A stretch of DNA of 64,000 bases, from the NCBI GenBank assembly GCA_943788175.1, contig CALSPG010000008.1, positions 1 through 64,000 of the forward strand, written 5' to 3'. The stretch's first letter is position 1. Every line of letters begins with the position of its first letter. The notes beneath the pieces are model-generated. The model did not search any database. It saw nothing but the letters and a program-made list of their open reading frames with translations, and was not told the origin of the DNA. The stretch comes from an uncultured bacterium (GTDB lineage Bacteria > Fidelibacterota > Marinisomatia > Marinisomatales > UBA1611). Both the position numbers and the translations under genes were made by a program. Shown in pieces: positions 60,355-64,000 of the stretch.

Positions 60355-61746
60355 ATGGCACAACTAAGATTATACAACTCTCTAACAAATAGAAAAGAAG
60401 ATTTTTCACCAATTGATAATGATCATGTTAAGGTATATACATGTGGTCCTACTGTTTATAATTTTGCGCATATTGGAAATGCCAGACCACCATTAGTTTC
60501 CGATATTTTAGTTAGGTTACTTAAGCAGTTATATAAAGAAGTCACATATGTTTCTAATATAACAGACATAGATGATAAAATAATTACTACATCCATTGAA
60601 CAAAAAGTACCCATAGCTGAACTGACAAAAAAATATGAAAATGTATATAACCAAAATTTAAAAGATTTAGGCGTCTCTAAGCCTGACCATCAACCAAGGG
60701 CGACAGATCACATTCAAGAAATGATAGTTCAAATAAAAGAATTAGTTAATAATGGACATGCTTATATAAGTGAGGGGCATGTTCTATTTAGTGTGAAAAC
60801 ATTTCCTAAATATGGTCAATTGTCTGGCAGAGATAAAGATCAACAATTGCATGGTAGTAGAGTGGAAGTAGCTTCTTATAAAAATGATCCAGCTGATTTT
60901 ATTTTATGGAAACCAAGTACAAGTGAACAACCAGGCTGGGATTCACCATGGGGATTTGGGCGCCCGGGTTGGCATTTAGAATGTTCTGCAATGTCGCAAA
61001 AAACCTTAGGCGTTCCATTCGATATCCATTCTGGCGGGCAAGATTTAATTTTTCCGCATCATGAAAATGAGCTGGCTCAATCTTGTGGAGCGCATGGAGA
61101 GATTGAAGATATTAACCATTATGCAAAATATTGGTTACATAATGGTATGATTAAATTTGATGGAGATAAGATGTCTAAGTCATTAGGTAATATTGTATAT
61201 ATTAATGACTTACTTAAAAAGTACAATGGTGAGGTTCTTAGACTTGTTTTACTATCAACGCATTATCGGCAGCCATTAAATTGGTCAGAAAAGTCAATTT
61301 TACAATCACAAAAAATGCTAGATAGGATGTATCGAACTTTGTACCAAATCGATGGCGAGGTATCAAAAGGGGCAGTAAACCCACCTAAAGAAATTATACA
61401 AGCCTTATGCGATGACCTAAATACTCCAGAAGCTATTGGACAATTAAATATTCTTTTTAATGACTTTCAGCATGCTAAAGGCAAGCAAAAAAATGAGTTG
61501 CTGTCACAAATCATGAGTGGCGCAAGTTTATTAGGGCTTTTAAATCAAAAGCCAGAGAACTGGCTTGGATATCAAAATGAGATGGATAGTAAGGATTTAA
61601 AAGAAGTTGAAAAATTAATAATGGACAGGGATAAGTATAGAATAGAAAAAAATTATAAAATGTCTGATCAAATCAGAGATGAATTAACTGCACTTGGTAT
61701 AGAAATCGAAGATAGTCCTCAAGGTACAAAGTGGCGTAAAACCTAA
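60355..61746 (+). CDS. cysS: Cysteine--tRNA ligase
   Basis: CGPTVY, HIGN, GRPGWHLECS, KMSKS. Confidence 0.98.
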   Translation: MAQLRLYNSLTNRKEDFSPIDNDHVKVYTCGPTVYNFAHIGNARPPLVSDILVRLLKQLYKEVTYVSNITDIDDKIITTSIEQKVPIAELTKKYENVYNQNLKDLGVSKPDHQPRATDHIQEMIVQIKELVNNGHAYISEGHVLFSVKTFPKYGQLSGRDKDQQLHGSRVEVASYKNDPADFILWKPSTSEQPGWDSPWGFGRPGWHLECSAMSQKTLGVPFDIHSGGQDLIFPHHENELAQSCGAHGEIEDINHYAKYWLHNGMIKFDGDKMSKSLGNIVYINDLLKKYNGEVLRLVLLSTHYRQPLNWSEKSILQSQKMLDRMYRTLYQIDGEVSKGAVNPPKEIIQALCDDLNTPEAIGQLNILFNDFQHAKGKQKNELLSQIMSGASLLGLLNQKPENWLGYQNEMDSKDLKEVEKLIMDRDKYRIEKNYKMSDQIRDELTALGIEIEDSPQGTKWRKT

Positions 61747-61747
61747 A

Positions 61748-62089
61748 TTATCCAGGTGGCCATTTCATTTGTCTACCGCCTAAAACATGTAAATGAATGT
61801 GATTTACGGTTTGGGCGCCATGTTCATTACAGTTAAATATTGTCCGATATCCTTTTTCTGAAATTCCCTCTTTTTTTGCTAGTTCTTTAGCAATAATGAA
61901 TAGCTCCCCAACTAAATTTTTATCGCCATCTTGTATATCATTAATTGTTTGAATTTCTTTTTTTGGAATTACTAAAAAGTGAACTGGCGCTTGGGGGTTT
62001 ATATCTCTGAATGCTAATATATCATCATTTTCAAATAAAATATCAGCAGGAATTTCTTTGTTAATTATTTTTGTAAATATGGTACTCAT
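61748..62089 (-). CDS. hinT: Histidine triad nucleotide-binding protein
   Basis: [21 protein letters not shown]. Confidence 0.93.
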   Translation of the reverse strand: MSTIFTKIINKEIPADILFENDDILAFRDINPQAPVHFLVIPKKEIQTINDIQDGDKNLVGELFIIAKELAKKEGISEKGYRTIFNCNEHGAQTVNHIHLHVLGGRQMKWPPG

Positions 62090-62141
62090 GAAACTCTGAT
62101 TATGTTAATGATTTTATCAGAAATTTTCATGAGGGAAATAG

Positions 62142-62713
62142 TTAAGAATATAGTAGCTGCTTATCTTTAATAGATGAGTATTCTGATTGAATAAGGTAAT
62201 AAGATCCAAAAAGAACAGTTGTGAAAAGTAAATTACTGATTATTGTATTTTGCAGAAAGGGTAATCCGGCTGTGTAACACGCTAAAAGACCGATTAGGTT
62301 CTTAGAATACATTCCGCTTCCAATCCAGACACCAAAATTGGATATTAAAAAGAAAATAGCTCCTGATCCAAAAGCTGTTTTAAATGTTTTGGGTAATGAT
62401 ATATTATTTTTAAAAACATAAATATTTAATAAAATAATGATTAAATAAGAGCCATACTGCCATAGAAAACCTTTGTAGAACCAAACAAACTCTAGACTAG
62501 TTGTGTATACATAATTGTTTATAATTAAATCACTAAACCAAATAGCAAAAATAGAGATAAATAATGCGTGCCATTTTTTTGTAAATGAGCTGCCCCAAAT
62601 ATTCCGATTGCAAGAATAGGTGAAAAATTTGGAGGGTGGGGTAACAACCTCGTCATAGCGGCGATAAACATGATACCAATTAATAAGCTAAGATTTATAT
62701 TGAATTTTTTCAT
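62142..62713 (-). pseudogene. DUF6580 putative transporter, frameshifted at A-run 62573-62580
   Basis: RLLPHPPNFSPI.A..IFG then KWHALF..SDLII...FFLISNFGVW..G.Y...GL..CY.AGLPF in next frame, stop at 62142. Confidence 0.75.
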
Positions 62714-62874
62714 TTTTTAATACGCAAGTTTATGTACTCATGACTGTAAGAGTCTAGTTTAAAAAAGTGATTAGAGTATTTAATTCAATATTTAAATAGA
62801 ATTATTGTATATAAAAATACAATTAGTCTGTATTGACTTTGATTTATTAACAGTAAATTTATTTATATATATAC

Positions 62875-63645
62875 ATGATTGAACTAGAAAATATATCTAA
62901 AGTATTCACCCTGACCAAAGATCAAAGAAAGGTTGTTGGTGATTCTATATTAAGGCCAAAGTTATTTACAGCTGTTGATTCTATAAGTTTTAAATGTAAT
63001 GCCAGTAGCGTTTTTGCCTTGCTCGGGCCAAATGGTTCTGGAAAAACCACTACGTTACGCATGATTTCAACAATGATCTCGCCGACATCAGGTTCTATTA
63101 AAATAAAAGGTAAAGATGTAACAAAAAATGGTCGCGAAGCTAGAAAATCTATTGGGTTTATGACGAATCAAACGGCTTTATATGATAGATTAAGTCCTTA
63201 TGAAATGGTTAAATATTTTGCGGATTTAAATAGTATGGAGAAGGTTGTTTTTGAGAAAAGGTGTAAAGATATTTTTGATACATTAGACATGAATTCTTTT
63301 GCTAATAAACGTATTGGCACTTTGAGCTCGGGAATGAAGCAAAAAACATCAATTGCGCGCACGATTATTCATAATCCAGATATTATCGTTTTTGATGAAC
63401 CAACTACGGGACTTGATGTTATGACCTCAAGGTCGATAATTGAACTAATTAGAAACTCAAAAGGCGAAAAGAAAACTATTATTTTTTCCTCGCATAGGAT
63501 GGAAGAAGTTCAATCACTGGCAGATGACATAGGTGTCATTTATAATGGAAAACTTATTTTTTCAGGAACGAAGCTAGATTTTGAGTCTTTATCTGATTCC
63601 TCAAGCTATGATGACACTTTAATTAACCTAATTGATAATTCATGA
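62875..63645 (+). CDS. ABC transporter ATP-binding protein (NatA-like)
   Basis: GPNGSGKTT, LSSGMKQK, DEPTTGLD. Confidence 0.93.
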   Translation: MIELENISKVFTLTKDQRKVVGDSILRPKLFTAVDSISFKCNASSVFALLGPNGSGKTTTLRMISTMISPTSGSIKIKGKDVTKNGREARKSIGFMTNQTALYDRLSPYEMVKYFADLNSMEKVVFEKRCKDIFDTLDMNSFANKRIGTLSSGMKQKTSIARTIIHNPDIIVFDEPTTGLDVMTSRSIIELIRNSKGEKKTIIFSSHRMEEVQSLADDIGVIYNGKLIFSGTKLDFESLSDSSSYDDTLINLIDNS

Positions 63646-64000
63646 ATATTATTTATTCTATTTTTAAAAAAGAACTTATTGATGTTCTAAGGGATAGAAG
63701 AACTCTAATGTTTATGGTCGTTATTCCAATTTTAATAACACCATTATTGGTCATTGGTTCTATAAAATTCCAAGAATATCAAAATAAAAAATCTGAAGAG
63801 AAAATTTTAAGCATTGCTTTTATTAACGATTCTGGAGACTATTTAATAAAAGAATTACTATCGAATCAAAAAGGGGTAAAAGTAGTAGAAGGTATTGTAC
63901 TCGATAGCTTAGAATCATTTATTAGATCTGATTCACTTCAAGGAGGATTACATATTGATAAAAATTTTCTGAACAACATCAATTCAAATTCTTCTGGCTC
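63642..64000 (+). CDS. ABC transporter permease (NatB-like), partial
   Basis: MNIIYSIFKKELIDVLRDRRTL...TM; ATGA overlap with previous stop; runs off window. Confidence 0.85.
   Translation, partial: MNIIYSIFKKELIDVLRDRRTLMFMVVIPILITPLLVIGSIKFQEYQNKKSEEKILSIAFINDSGDYLIKELLSNQKGVKVVEGIVLDSLESFIRSDSLQGGLHIDKNFLNNINSNSSG

Overview
AT-rich bacterial window, most likely a marine FCB-group organism. Candidatus Marinimicrobia is inferred from nine secreted proteins ending in an NPFNP...KKMILLK FlgD-Ig/Por-like C-terminal domain (CTD). Roughly the left 40 kb is an accessory island. (i) 1-8400 is the right end of an integrative element: an abutting array of unrelated exported-protein genes that all start with a near-identical signal-peptide-coding sequence, a ~620 nt ORF-poor hairpin-rich segment, a Rep-like gene with iteron-like repeats, an RHH-like regulator and a tyrosine integrase ending at a tRNA-Pro(UGG) 3' fragment. 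(ii) 8351-27680 holds six tRNA-Pro 3' fragments inside a conserved ~225 bp attP-like unit with CACTGGT arm-type repeats, delimiting integrase-less 1.5-8 kb modules. (iii) About 20 copies of a second junction repeat (CCCCACATTCGTGGGG-TTTTTTGTTT plus a TAGATT -10 box) separate single-gene cassettes, some of which occur twice with different neighbours. Together these look like a non-integron gene-cassette system. The right ~21 kb is more core-like (RNase R family, nei, photolyase, cysS, yidD, HIT, NatAB-like ABC transporter). It contains two genes missed by the ORF track because of in-frame TGA codons that look like selenocysteine: a UxxC thioredoxin-fold CTD protein and a UxxU outer-membrane protein. 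Several single-base frameshifts may be assembly errors. No complete tRNA, rRNA or CRISPR array was seen.
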